Of a DNA stretch of 64,000 nucleotides, positions 44,951 through 57,696 are shown one piece after another. Origin of the DNA: Schmidtea polychroa (taxonomy: Eukaryota). The stretch covers positions 24,430,001 through 24,494,000 of the forward strand of contig CM097885.1 in assembly GCA_044892525.1 (NCBI GenBank), written 5' to 3'. The stretch's first letter is position 1; each line of letters begins with the position of its first letter. The position numbers and the translations under genes were made by a program. The notes beneath the pieces are model-generated. The model had not been told where the DNA came from and did not search any database. It was given only the letters and a program-made list of their open reading frames with translations.

Positions 44951-46921
44951 TTTGAAAATAACATCTTCCACATGGGCGTTAATATTTTAAAAGAAAATAT
45001 TGAAAATTAAAAAATAATAATATGTAATCAACGATTTAAACAAATTATATTATTACGTATTCGATAATTAAAACAAAAAATTATATAATCAATGATTTAA
45101 ACAAATTATATAATCAACGATTTAAACAAAATTAAATTATTATATAATCGATAATTAAAACAAAATTATTAGTTCTAAAAATATTAGGCATCGTTCTAAA
45201 AGTATGACGTAATCATTCTAAAAATATTAGGCATCGTTCTAAAAGTATGACGTAATCATTCTAAAAATATTAGGCATCGTTCTAAAAATATTTGGCATCG
45301 TTCTAAAAATATTAGACATTGATTACGTAATAGTTCTAAAAATATTAGGCATCATTCTAAAAATAATAGACATCGTTCTAAAATTATGACGTAATCATTC
45401 TAAAAATATTAGGCATCATTCTAAAATATTAGACATCATTCTAAAAATAATAGACATCGTTCTAAAAATATTTGGCATCATTCTAAAATATTAGACATCA
45501 TTCTAAAAATGTGATGAGTCATTGTCTTTGTTCTAAAAATGTGATGAGTCATCGTATGATAAAAATCTATAGCTCATTCGAAAGTTCTTGGACTGAGCTT
45601 TAAAATAAGCTATCGATCAATATAATATGTTGGTGGGAACAACAATTTTTGGGATGAAAAAAAGTAGGTCACCGCTGGACCAATTAATAATATTTAGAAT
45701 AATAATAATAATTTAACGTTGAAAAGATGGTGGTCATCAATTGTTAATAACATTAAAACTATTAAAGATATATAAGATACCTATAGCTCATTCGAAAGGT
45801 CTTGGACTGAGCTTGAAGATGAGGTATCGGTTAATAAAATTTGTTGGCGGGAACATTACTTTTGGGAAGAAAAAAAGTAGGTCCCCACTGGATCACTTAA
45901 TTTAAAAAAAATTACGTAATAGTTCTAAAAATATTAGGCATCGTTCTAAAAATATTAGGCATTGATTACGTAATAGTTCTAAAAATATTAGGCATCGTTC
46001 TAAAAAAAAAAATAAAATTTTTTCCCGGGGGGGGGAGGGGGTATATGTGATCTGGAGGGGACATGGTCTGGGGAGCTCACATCCTACTACTCTGATACCA
46101 AATACTTACAACTAGATACCAAGTACTATCAACCAAAAACAACCAACCAACTAGGTACTAGATACCAAGTACTAGCAACCAACAACAACCAGGTACTAAG
46201 CATTATCAACCAACTAAATACTAAGTACTAACAACCAACCAAATAGGTACTAGATACCAAGTACTAAGCATTATTAACCAACTACTAAGTACCTACAACC
46301 AACTAGCTACCACCTACCAAGTACCTACAACTAGATACTAACAACCAGTTACCAAGTACCTACAACCACCTACCCATTAACTAGCTACAACCAGCTAACA
46401 ACTAGCTACCAACTACCAAGTACTAACAACCAACTAGCTACCACCTACCAAGTACTAACAAACAGTTACCAACTACTAAGCATTAATTACCTACAACTAG
46501 TTACTAACAACTAGATACCAAGTACATACAACCAACAACTAAGCATTATCAACCAAGTACTAACAACCAAGTAACTTACCTAGTACTAAGCACTGTCAAC
46601 TAGATACCAAACACTTACAACCAGATGACCACATGAAATTATTGGTTAAATATGAAAATAAGGATTATATTTAGTTGTTAAGTAAATTATGGTGTAAAAT
46701 TAAGAAATAAAGAATAATTAGGTAAATTAAAGTTAAAACTTTTAAATAAGTAAATTAAGGTTCAAAATTTAAAATTAAGTATCCAATGGTTCAAATTTTA
46801 AATTAAAGCTAAATAAGTAAATTAAAGTAAGATTTTTAAATTTATTATCAAAAGATTGAATAACCACCAACTTTTTTGAGAAATGTAATTTATAATGAAA
46901 ATTTAAATGGAAATTTAAATG

Positions 46922-46957
<36 letters not shown>

Positions 46958-49900
46958 TACTAATAATTCAACAGTTACCAACAATCGGTTACTGATTATT
47001 TTTTAACTAGGTGCTAACAAATACTTACACCATGATACCACGTACTAACTAAATCTCAAACAACCAGATACTTACAACTAACTACTAAATATTCTTTATT
47101 GTATTTTATGAAATGCTTTTTAAATTAATTTTTTATCTATCTTCAAAAATATGTTTAATTACAATCAATAGAAAACCTTTTCAAATTTAACAAAAATGTT
47201 GATTTTCATCAAAAAAACCACAACTCATCACCACGTGGAATTCAAAATAATTTTAATTACAATGAAAGACTAATGAATTCTAATTTACAAAACATTCTTC
47301 TTTTAAATGATAACTACTGACTTATTATTGCAAAGTAAAAATCGCATTCAATAAATACTTATTGTTGATCAGTTTTATTATATATACTCTTAGTCTATCC
47401 GACAGGATGTTTTGACCCCCTAAGGGTACAGGTCGTAAGGGCACTGGTCGTAAAGGTATTAGTCGTAAGGGTACTGGTCGTATGGATATTGCTAACTCTC
47501 AACCCCCCATCTACCAATTAACTAGATACTAACAATCACCATAAAAACCCATCGAGAAATTAACAAATATCAACCTACAACTATATAACAACAATCAGTA
47601 AACAACACTATACCAACTACCAAATATAAGATACCAACAACTTAATATCATCTACCAGTAACTATAAACACGTATTTTCAATTAGATACCAAGTACTTAC
47701 AACAATATACCAAACGCTATCAGTTAAGTACTTACAACAAGATACCAAAACTATCAGCAAAATACTATCAACCAGATACCAAGTACCAACAATCAACTAA
47801 CAACACATAAAAATAATAGCAATTAAATACAAAATATTCTTCATCGCATACACTATTTTCTTATCAAAATCTAAAAAGTCAACCAACTACTTATAACCTA
47901 CAACTATGTATTAACAAATTGATCTTTAAAAGCAAATACTCATCACTTGAAAATATTTGATGAAAAATTAATTGAACTCAAGGAACTTTTAAGATTTACC
48001 AATAACTAGGTAAAAATTGATTAAATTATTGTAAAAATTTAAATTATTCTAAATATACTAAATAAAAACATATAATTAATAGACAAGAAAGAATTCTAAT
48101 CATTAATCATCCAGTAAATAAAAAAATACTGATCATTCAAGTTGAATCAACTAAGATATTAAATTAATAAGATAAGATTTAGTAGATAATTGATTTAGAT
48201 TGAATAAATTAATTGAAATAAAATTAATTTTAATTTTTTTTTAAAAAGTCATACATGTACTCAAATTGATTGACTGATTTCTCAATATATTCAAAAAATC
48301 AGTATAAATTCATTACAATTATCAAAGTCAGCAATCTACAATAAAAATAATTATCATTAAATTCCAAAAGAGACTAGATAACTAATGATAACATCTAACA
48401 AACCAGTAAATTCATTTAAATGGCAATAATTGGTATATCCAAGTGAATTCTCCAATAAAATCATCTAAAAAGAATCATTTTCCCCTAAATATATCAATAT
48501 TTAAAGATTGGTATTTTAATGATAAGTACTTGTTAAAGATCATATATTCACCTCAAACAAACAAGATTCCTTAAAATCCCCTTAAATGACTATATTTCTA
48601 TCCTTAATTCATATTATTACAAATATCATCTAAAAAGCATCAAATTTCCCTGAAATATATCAATATTTAAAGATTGATATTTTAATGATAAGTACCCGTA
48701 AAGGATCATATATTCCCCTCAGACTAATAAGATTGCTTAAAGTCCCATTTAAATGACTATAATTCTAACTTTAATTCCTATTATCACGAATATTTCCCTA
48801 TAAAACATGTAAAATCATTAACCCTAAATAATTTATAAAATCTAATGATAAAAGCAGTTATAATTAAATTTTTATTCTAAAAATAAATCACTCTATTTGA
48901 AATTTACAATAATTATTACTGTACAATATAGCTGACTAGGTCCCATTGAAAGATTAAATTTATCCATTCAATAAAATATATTTCTTCAAATGATCATTTT
49001 TACCGATATTCAACCGATTTAATTACTAATTAAAATCACCCGATAGATTTCTTTCAATAAAGATCAATTTTATTTAGTTGTTGTCGATGTTTTAAGTCCA
49101 TATTTCTAAACTTTTGTCATTCTCCGCCTAAATAAAGATAAAAATAATTTAAAGTTGATATCAATCCCATTTATCTGTAAAGTTTTCATCGTCAAAACCA
49201 AGTAAATCGATCATTATCCCTACTTAATAAAACATAAGTCTAAATTAATATACAATGGATTAATCACAACCTAATAAAACGATATAATTTCACATTATTA
49301 TTGATTCATAACTGACTAATGTATTGCAATTTCCTTAAAAAACATTGATATTTTACCAACATCACCCTTAAAAAATCATATATTCCCATCTTAACCCATT
49401 CCTCATTAAAGTCAATCGACTATATCTCCCTTACAATGATATATTCCCATCTTAACCCATCTCACATTAAATCTAACCGACTATATCCCCTTAAAAGATC
49501 ATATTTTCCCCATCTTAACCGATCTCTCATTAAATCTAACCAACAATATCCCATCTTAACCGATCTCTCACCAAATATTTCTACCCCCCTTTAAACATCT
49601 AACCGAATATATCCTTCAATTCTACCCACTTGAATCCTCCTTTAATTCAATTCAGTCTTAAAATCTTTAAAGAACTTCAAAAATATGACTTAATTGTTAT
49701 AGACACCAAATATTCTTCCATTGAAATAATTTAGTAGCTATGTAGTAAGAGTTCACTAAAAGATCAAAAATCAATATTTTCTACAAATATATACCATCAA
49801 ATACTGGAGATGATATATATTGATTGATCATAATTCTTCATCGATTCAGCCAATCATTTTCAAGCAATAACAGCAAACTAAATTTCAGTATATTCTACAA

Positions 49901-51681
49901 TCATTTTCAAGTAAATTTAAATTCCTTGTTAAAGTCAACTAGTTTCTTAGCTCATGTTTTTTAAAGTTCATCAATGAGTAAATATTCTTAGAAAATTATT
50001 GAAAAAATTATTTAGTGAAATATATTACAAACTTATCATTAAAAATTTATTCTATCACTTGAAATTAATTTTTATTTAAAAACTATTCAATAAAATACCA
50101 CTAATTATCAAGAAATTAATTAAATTTATCAATTAAATTTATCACCATTAAAACTTTTAATCAGTCAACATGAAATTCTTAGAAAATTGTTCAATATCCT
50201 CATAAAAATTTATCCTACCACTTGATTATTGTACAAACTCTAATTATTAACCTCATTAAAAATTAAAAATACATCCAATTATCAAGAAATTAATTAAATT
50301 TATCTTAGAACTAACTTTGAATTATTAAATATTCATTCAATAATCATGAAATCCACAAAAATAATAGAAATTTACAAAAATCAAAGAAATTCACAAAAAT
50401 GATAAAAATTCATGAAAATGATAGAAATTCACAAAAACGATAAAAATTCATAAAAATTATAGCAATTCGCAAAAATAATAGGAAATTCACGAAAATGATA
50501 GATATCCACAAAAATTACAGATATTCACAAAAATTACGGAAAATAATAGAAATCCGCAAAAATAATAGAAATTCACAAAAAAAAACGATAAAAATTCACA
50601 AAAAAGATAGAAATTCATGAAAATAATAGAAAATTACAAAAAATGATGGAAATTCACAAAAATGTTAGAAATTTATTTGAATAAAACTATCAACTCTAAA
50701 AATTATCAATACCTTAAACAACAAATTTGTCTAAATAATCTTTCAAATAAAAGCATTAAATACCTTTACGACTAATACCCTTGCGACATGTTGAATGTGA
50801 GTAGTACCCTTGTGAGCAATACCCATAGGGGGACAGAATATTTTGTCGGATAAACTCAGAGTATATATTAATTAACTCATTCAAATTTTTTCAATGAATT
50901 AGTCAAATTATCATAATTTCGATAAAAAATCTTATGTGGTAAGCAATTGTAAGATGAAAAGAGAAATATTCTTTAAACTTTGATAAAATTAATAATGAAG
51001 GTGGTAAGAATCTTCATTAAAGTGAGGAAATTATTCATTACTCGATGATAAATTCAAATGGGTGAAAATAATTGGTAGAATAATTCATTAATGGATCATT
51101 GAATGGGCATAGATAACATGAAGGTTGATAAGAATGGAAATATATTAATTGAATTTATTTTAAATTTAATAAAAAAAATCTTAAAAAAAATATTTGTGGG
51201 GAATAATTAATCAAAATCGGGGGATATTAGTGATTAAATAGTGGAAAATCGAGGGGATATTAGTGATTAATTAATGGAAAATAGAGAATCGGGGGTATAT
51301 AAGTGAGAAGGATATATAATTTAAACTATTTTATTACATAACAAACCGTGACTAGTTTATTACATAGCAAGCTGTGAATGGTATTTGAATAAGAAATATG
51401 GAATAGGTCTTTTTTTTAAATTTTCGACTAAAATAAATTCTAAAATAATAGCAAATTATTACTAAAATGTTTTAATTTGCATTATGTATTTCAAAAACAA
51501 TTATCATAAAAGATAATAATATATATATTACTCCTTTTATTCAAAATAAGTTGAATATTCAAATATAAGTCTTAGAAAATACAATCAAAATTAAAGTTGC
51601 GTAATAAGAAGTTGGAACAATTTGACCCCCCCGAGGGGGGGGGGGGGGGTAATTGTTCCAGGGCGCTACTAACTACCTACT

Positions 51682-51995
51682 CGCGTTATTCTTTCCCTTT
51701 TGAAGCCCGCGTACAATTATATTGAGTTTTCATACATTGCTTTCATCCCAGTGTGGTCAGGGAGATGCATTCTTTCAAATAAATTGTGCAGGCCAACTTC
51801 ATCATCATTTGCAATGATATCTTTGTTACATTCTCCTGATTTTAGATAAAGCTTATTTTCCACTTCAATAAAGTTTTCAGCTTTCTTTATAAAATTTCTT
51901 TTTGAATGTCTATCTAAGTCAGTAATCCAACTACTTCCTTGATTTAGACAAGTTTTAATTTTTTCAATTACTTCTAGTGTCAAAATGTATTTCAT
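51682..51995 (-). pseudogene. N-terminus of a retroviral-like (Polinton-type) integrase, partial H2C2 zinc-binding domain; truncated by element C
   Basis: Reads ERMHLPDHTGMKAMYENSI*LYAGFKRERITR through one TAA up to the C terminus. This matches the H-x3-H-x-G...Y-x-G-x2-R pattern that precedes CxxC, and the CxxC is missing at the insertion. pPolB lies nearby. Confidence 0.62.
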
Positions 51996-52020
51996 TTTCG
52001 GGATTTAAATTCCCTCCAAA

Positions 52021-52034
52021 TTTTCCCGCCAAAA
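52021..52034 (-). promoter_or_regulatory. E2F-consensus site TTTTGGCGGGAAAA, ~25 bp upstream of the integrase ATG
   Basis: A GC-containing consensus match in AT-rich DNA, with an adjacent variant TTCCCTCCAAA. Function is untested. Confidence 0.45.
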
Positions 52035-52846
52035 GCTATAAAAACAAAATAAAACTTTACCCCTAAGATTTAAAAGACATGACATAAACTAAAATAAGGG
52101 AAAAGAATATAAAAAAAGAACTTTGCTAGATAAGCGATTTTTTAATAAATTTGTATTAGTAATTTTTTACTTTTTGCGTAAGATATGGGCGTGCGTAACA
52201 TATGGGTTCGACAATAATTATAAAACGGAATAATGATCGGAATACATATATAATTTATTGTAATATTATCATTATCAGAGGTATAAAATATGTGAGGTAT
52301 GAAATCATAAATATTATTATCATTGTTATTATTATTATTATTATATCTAATATTACTATTTTTTTTTAATATTATTATTAGAGAAAGTAGTTGCGTGCTC
52401 AATGCAAACTATGTTTCACAATTAATATTTTCAAAGTATTATTTCTATTCAATTATTATTTTCATAACAACTTATTAATTTCAACATCATTTTCAGGAAC
52501 ATATTCATATTTGTCATAATTTTTAGATTTTTCATAATTTCAGGAACATCTTCATGATTTTTCAGATTTTTCATAATTATTTTCAAAAACATTTTCATAA
52601 TTTTCAGGAACATTTCATTATTTTCAACATTTTCATAATTATTTTCACAAAGATTTTCATATTTTTCATAATTTTCAACATTTTCATAATAATTTCAGGA
52701 ACATTTTCATAATTTTGAGCATTTTCATAAGTTTCTGGAACATTCTCATAATTTTCAACATTTTCATAATTTATATGTGGTTATTAAACAAATTAATTAT
52801 CAAACACAATTTTTAATTAATTTAAAAAAATAATAATAAAATATAA

Positions 52847-53341
52847 CTAACATTTTGATTCTATATCAGAATCATCCTCAGATTCATCCCCATAATAAAC
52901 GGAGGCATGATTAATTTCCTCTTCAATAGACGTGAGGGCATATTCATCAGAAACATTATTAATATTTGGGGCATATTCAACATTCGAGGTATCATCACCT
53001 AAAGTTTTTGTAATTCATTAATTAAATGAAATAAATTTACCCGTTGATTCCATGATAATATTTCGGGTATTGTCCTCAATAACATTTTCACCGTCATTAA
53101 CAGGCTGATCAACTAAATAATTTTATTTTCAATTAAATTTTAAAAATAAATTACTTAATAAAAGATCTTCTTCATTGTCACTAATAATAATTGGCAGATC
53201 TTGATTATAGTTGTCGGCCTCGGTGACTTCATACCATAAATTCTCTAAAATAATAAATAATAATAATAATAATAAAAATAAAATAATTTACCGTTTTCTC
53301 CGGCCAACATGGCGCGAAATATTATCTAATTCACCGTCCAT
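52847..53341 (-). pseudogene. Frameshifted mirror copy of the 4-exon acidic gene
   Basis: Same exon-intron layout as 56492-56986, but exon 1 is 2 nt shorter. Confidence 0.7.
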
Positions 53342-53818
53342 TTTTAATCGAAAATTTTTTAGTCGAAAATTTGTAAAATTTAAAAATAATTGTGACGAAT
53401 TTGAAAATTGTAACTGCTTATAAAGAAAATGAATATTTTCCGATCCAATCAAAATCAAGGAAGGGATAGGACAAAAATACATTACGTTGCGGTATTTTAA
53501 AACTTAAATATATTTTAAAAACACATTTTGACTCTAAATTTGATTTATTTAAAATTTTCATAATTTGCATTAATTTCATGATTATTTTCAATATTTTCAT
53601 GATTGTTTTCTTCAAAATCTTATTTTATTTACAAATTATTATTACTATTACTATTATTATTATTATTTTTATTATTTTTATTTTTTATATTATTATTATT
53701 ATTTTATTATTATTAATATTTTTAATATTATTTTTATTATTATTATTATTATTATCATTATTATTTTTTTTTTTTTATTATTTTTATTTTTTATTATTAT
53801 TATAATTATTATTATTAC

Positions 53819-53855
<37 letters not shown>

Positions 53856-53962
53856 TTTATTTTTATTATTTATATTATTATTATTATTTTATTATTATTA
53901 TTAATATTTTTAATATTATTTTTATCATTATTATTTTTATTTTTTTTTATTTTTATTATTTA

Positions 53963-53999
<37 letters not shown>

Positions 54000-54481
54000 A
54001 TTTAAAAAAGAATATTAAAAATAATATTAATATTAAAAAAAAATCAGGAAAACATGTGTGTATTATACACAAAACAAGATACATAGTTTTTAACCAATTA
54101 TAATTATAGAAAATTAAATTTTATCTATATATTATATGAATAAAATCCTATGAAAATTACGTTTAATGTATGAAAAATATAACTTTATTGTAAAATCATG
54201 TGTGTATTACACACAAAACAAGATACATAATTTTTAATCAAGCTATTTTATAGAAAATTAAATTTTATCTTTATATTATATGAATAAAAATCCAAGAAAA
54301 TAACGTTAACCGCGCGAAAAATTACAAATTTATTGTAAAAACATGTGTGCATTACACACAAAGCACCAAACTGAAATTGTAATTGCGCCATGTTGTAGAG
54401 AATTAAATTCTGCCTATACATGGTTACACTTAAATCTCGATCAGACCTGTTAAAAGCGATAAAAAAGTGTAAAAACAGTAG

Positions 54482-55369
54482 AGTAGAAGGATTGGGGCTC
54501 TCTAGATCATGGGCCCTCTGGACCACATATACCACCCCCCGTGTGTAAAATAATAATAATAATAATATTTATATATCAACAGATAGATCTTGCACTAAGC
54601 TTTAAAGTAATCTATCGATGAATAATTTTCGTTGGTGGGAACTCTGTAAATTTAAATTTTAAAATATGACCTTGAGAAAAAAAATGACCTTGAAAAAAAA
54701 TAATATTTTGAATAATAATAATAATTATATGACCTTAAATATGGTCTCGGGAAAACGTTAATAACTTTGCCAATAATAATGATGATGATACCTTCAATAA
54801 CTCATTCAAAAGGTCTTGCACTAAGCTTTAAAATGAGCTATCAATCGATGAAATATAATGATTGGAACGATAACTTTCGGGCAAACGAAAACCAGGGGCC
54901 CTCTGGATCACTAATAATATTTTGAATAATAATAATATTTTAACTATGAAATAAAGTGGTCATCATTTGTTAATAACTTTACCAATAATAATGTTGATGA
55001 TAATATTTATATATCAACAGATAGATCTTGCACTGGGCTTTAAAATGAGCTATCAATAATATTTTGAATAATAATAATAAAATAATAATATTTTGTAAAA
55101 ATAATAATATGGCATTGATGAGTCATCACGATGAGTCACATGACCTTGAGAATGGCCTTGGATGAGTCACGCGACCTTGAAATGGCCTTGATGAGTCATG
55201 GTCTTTGTTTAAATGACCTTGATGAGTCATATGTCTTTGTTTAAAATTTGACTTTGAAAAAAAATGTACTTTTAGACTTAGAAAATTTTTTTAAAATTTT
55301 CCGGCCGGGGGGGGGGGGGTATATGTGATCCAGAGGGCCCCTGATCTAGATGGCCCCAATCCTTCTACT
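54482..55369. mobile_element. Segment E: 888 bp bounded by A-like Polinton termini; no direct TSD
   Basis: AGTAGAAGGATTGGGGCTCTCTAGATCATGGGCCCTCTGGACCACATATACC aligns without gaps to A's terminus, and its inverted copy ends at 55369. The interior resembles A's subterminal DNA. Confidence 0.7.
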
Positions 55370-55489
55370 CTACTGTTTTTTCTCTTTTATGTCTCTTTTC
55401 ACAGGTCTGATCGAGATTTAAGTCTAACCATGTATAGACAGAATTTAATTCCCAACAACATGGCGCAATTACAATTTCAGTTTGGTGTT

Positions 55490-55945
55490 TAGTGTGTAAT
55501 ACACACATGGTTTTTCAATAAATTTGTAATTTTCATACATTTAACGTAATTTTTTTGGGATTTTATTCATATAATATATAGATAAAATTCAATTTTCTAT
55601 AAAATAGCTTGATTAAAATTTATGTATCTTGTTTTGTGTGTAATACACACATGTTTTTACAATAAATTTGTATTTTTCATACATTTAACGTAATTTTCTT
55701 GGGATTTTATTAATATAATATATAGCTAAAATTTAATTTTCTATAAATTAGATTGGTAAAAAATTATGTATCTTGTTTTGTGTGTAATACACACATGCTT
55801 TTACAAAAAATTTGTATTTTTCATACATTAAACGTAATTTTCTTGGGATTTATTCATATAATATATAGAAAAAATTTAATTTTCTATAAATATAATTGGT
55901 TGAAAACTATGTATCTTGTTTTGTGTATAATACACACATGTTTTC
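55490..55945 (+). repeat. ~144-bp tandem repeat (four cores; three in the mirror arm at ~54050-54365), most containing the hairpin GTGTGT-AAT-ACACAC
   Basis: Cores near 55492, 55636, 55780 and 55923. Confidence 0.85.
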
Positions 55946-56013
55946 TTGATTTTATTTTTTTTTAATATTAATATATTTTTTTTAATATATTTTTTTTAAA
56001 TATTAATAATAGC

Positions 56014-56086
<73 letters not shown>

Positions 56087-56491
56087 TTAACAATGAAAAT
56101 AATAATAAAAATAATAATAATAATATTAATAAAAATAATAAAATAATAAAATAATAATAATAATATAAATAATGAAAATAATAATAAGAATAAAATAAAA
56201 ATAATGATAATAATAAAAATAATATTAATAATAATAATTTGTAAATATATTACGATTTTTGAAGAAAACAATTATGAAAATTTTAAAAAAATCATATTTA
56301 GAGTCAAAATGTGTTTTTAAAATATATTTAAGTTTTAAAATACCGCAACGTAATGTATTTTGTCCTATCCCTCCCTTGATTTTGATTGGACCGGAAAATA
56401 TTCATTTTCTTTATAAGCAGTTACAATTTTCAAATTCGTCACAATTATTTTTAAATTTTACAAATTTTCGACTAAAAAATTTCGATTAAAA

Positions 56492-56986
56492 ATGGATGAT
56501 GAATTAGATAATATTTTACGCGTCATGTTGGCAGGAGAAAACGGTAAATTATTTTATTTTTATTATTATTATTATTTATTATTTTAGAGAATTTATGGTA
56601 TGAAGTCACCGAGGCCGACAACTATAATCAAGATCTGCCAATTATTATTAGTGACAAAAAAGAAGATCTTTTATTAAGTAAATTTATTTTTAAAATTTAA
56701 TTGAAAATAAAATTATTTAGTTGATCATCCTGTTAATGACGGTGAAAATGTTATTGAGGACAATACCCGAAATATTATCATGGAATCAACGGGTAAATTT
56801 ATTTCATTTAATTAATGAATTACAAAAACTTTAGGTGATGATACCTCGAATGTTGAATATGCCCCAAATATTAATAATGTTTCTGATGAATATGCCCTCA
56901 CGTCTATTGAGGAGAAAATTAATCATGCCTCCGTTTATTATGGGGATGAATCTGAGGATGATTCCGATATAGAATCAAAATGTTAG
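56492..56986 (+). CDS. Spliced acidic protein of unknown function, ~121 aa. Exons 56492-56543, 56588-56677, 56721-56792, 56835-56986 (or a further donor at 56982)
   Basis: Three GTAAAT...TTTAG introns of 44, 43 and 42 nt, all phase 1, give an open frame: MDDELDNILRVMLAGENENLWYEVTEADNYNQDLP...YYGDESEDDSDIESKC*. Confidence 0.75.
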
Positions 56987-57696
56987 TTATATTTTATTAT
57001 TATTTTTTAAATTAATTAAAAATTGTGTTTGATAATTAATTTGTTTAATAACCACATAAATTATGAAAATGTTTCTGGAAATAATTATGAAAATGCTCAA
57101 AATTATGAAAATGTTCCTGAAATTATTATGAAAATGTTGAAAATAATGAAACGTTCCAGAAACTTATGAAAATGTTTATGAAAATAATTATGAAAAATCT
57201 GAAAATTATGAAGACGTTCCTGAAATTATAATGAAAATGTTGAAAATTATGAAATGTTCCTGAAAATTATGAAAATCTTTCTGAAGTTAATTATGAAAAA
57301 TCTGAAAATTATGATAAATATGAATATGTTCCTGAAAATGATGTTGAAATTAATAATTGAATAGAAATAATACTTTGAAAATATTAATTGTTAAGCATAG
57401 TTTGCATTGAGCACTCAACTACTCTCTCTAATAATAATATCAAAAAAAAAAGTAATATTAGATATAATAATAATAATATTAATAATAATAATAATAACAA
57501 TGATAATAATATTTATGATTTCATATCTCCCATATTTTATACCTCTGGTAATAATAATATTACAATAAATTATATATGTATTCCGATTATTATTCCGTTT
57601 TATAATTATTATGCGATAAAAACTGCTTAAGAATTGTTAATAAAGACATTAAATATAAATGCAATATTTTATTAATATTTAAATCTATTAATATAT

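Larger units (their letters stand above)
52200..57615. repeat. Older, diverged inverted repeat (~52200-54540 vs ~55310-57615) between the divergent integrase and pPolB
   Basis: Mirror ORFs 52142(-)/57388(+) and 53288/53418(-)/56259(+). There are many substitutions and indels. Confidence 0.9.
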
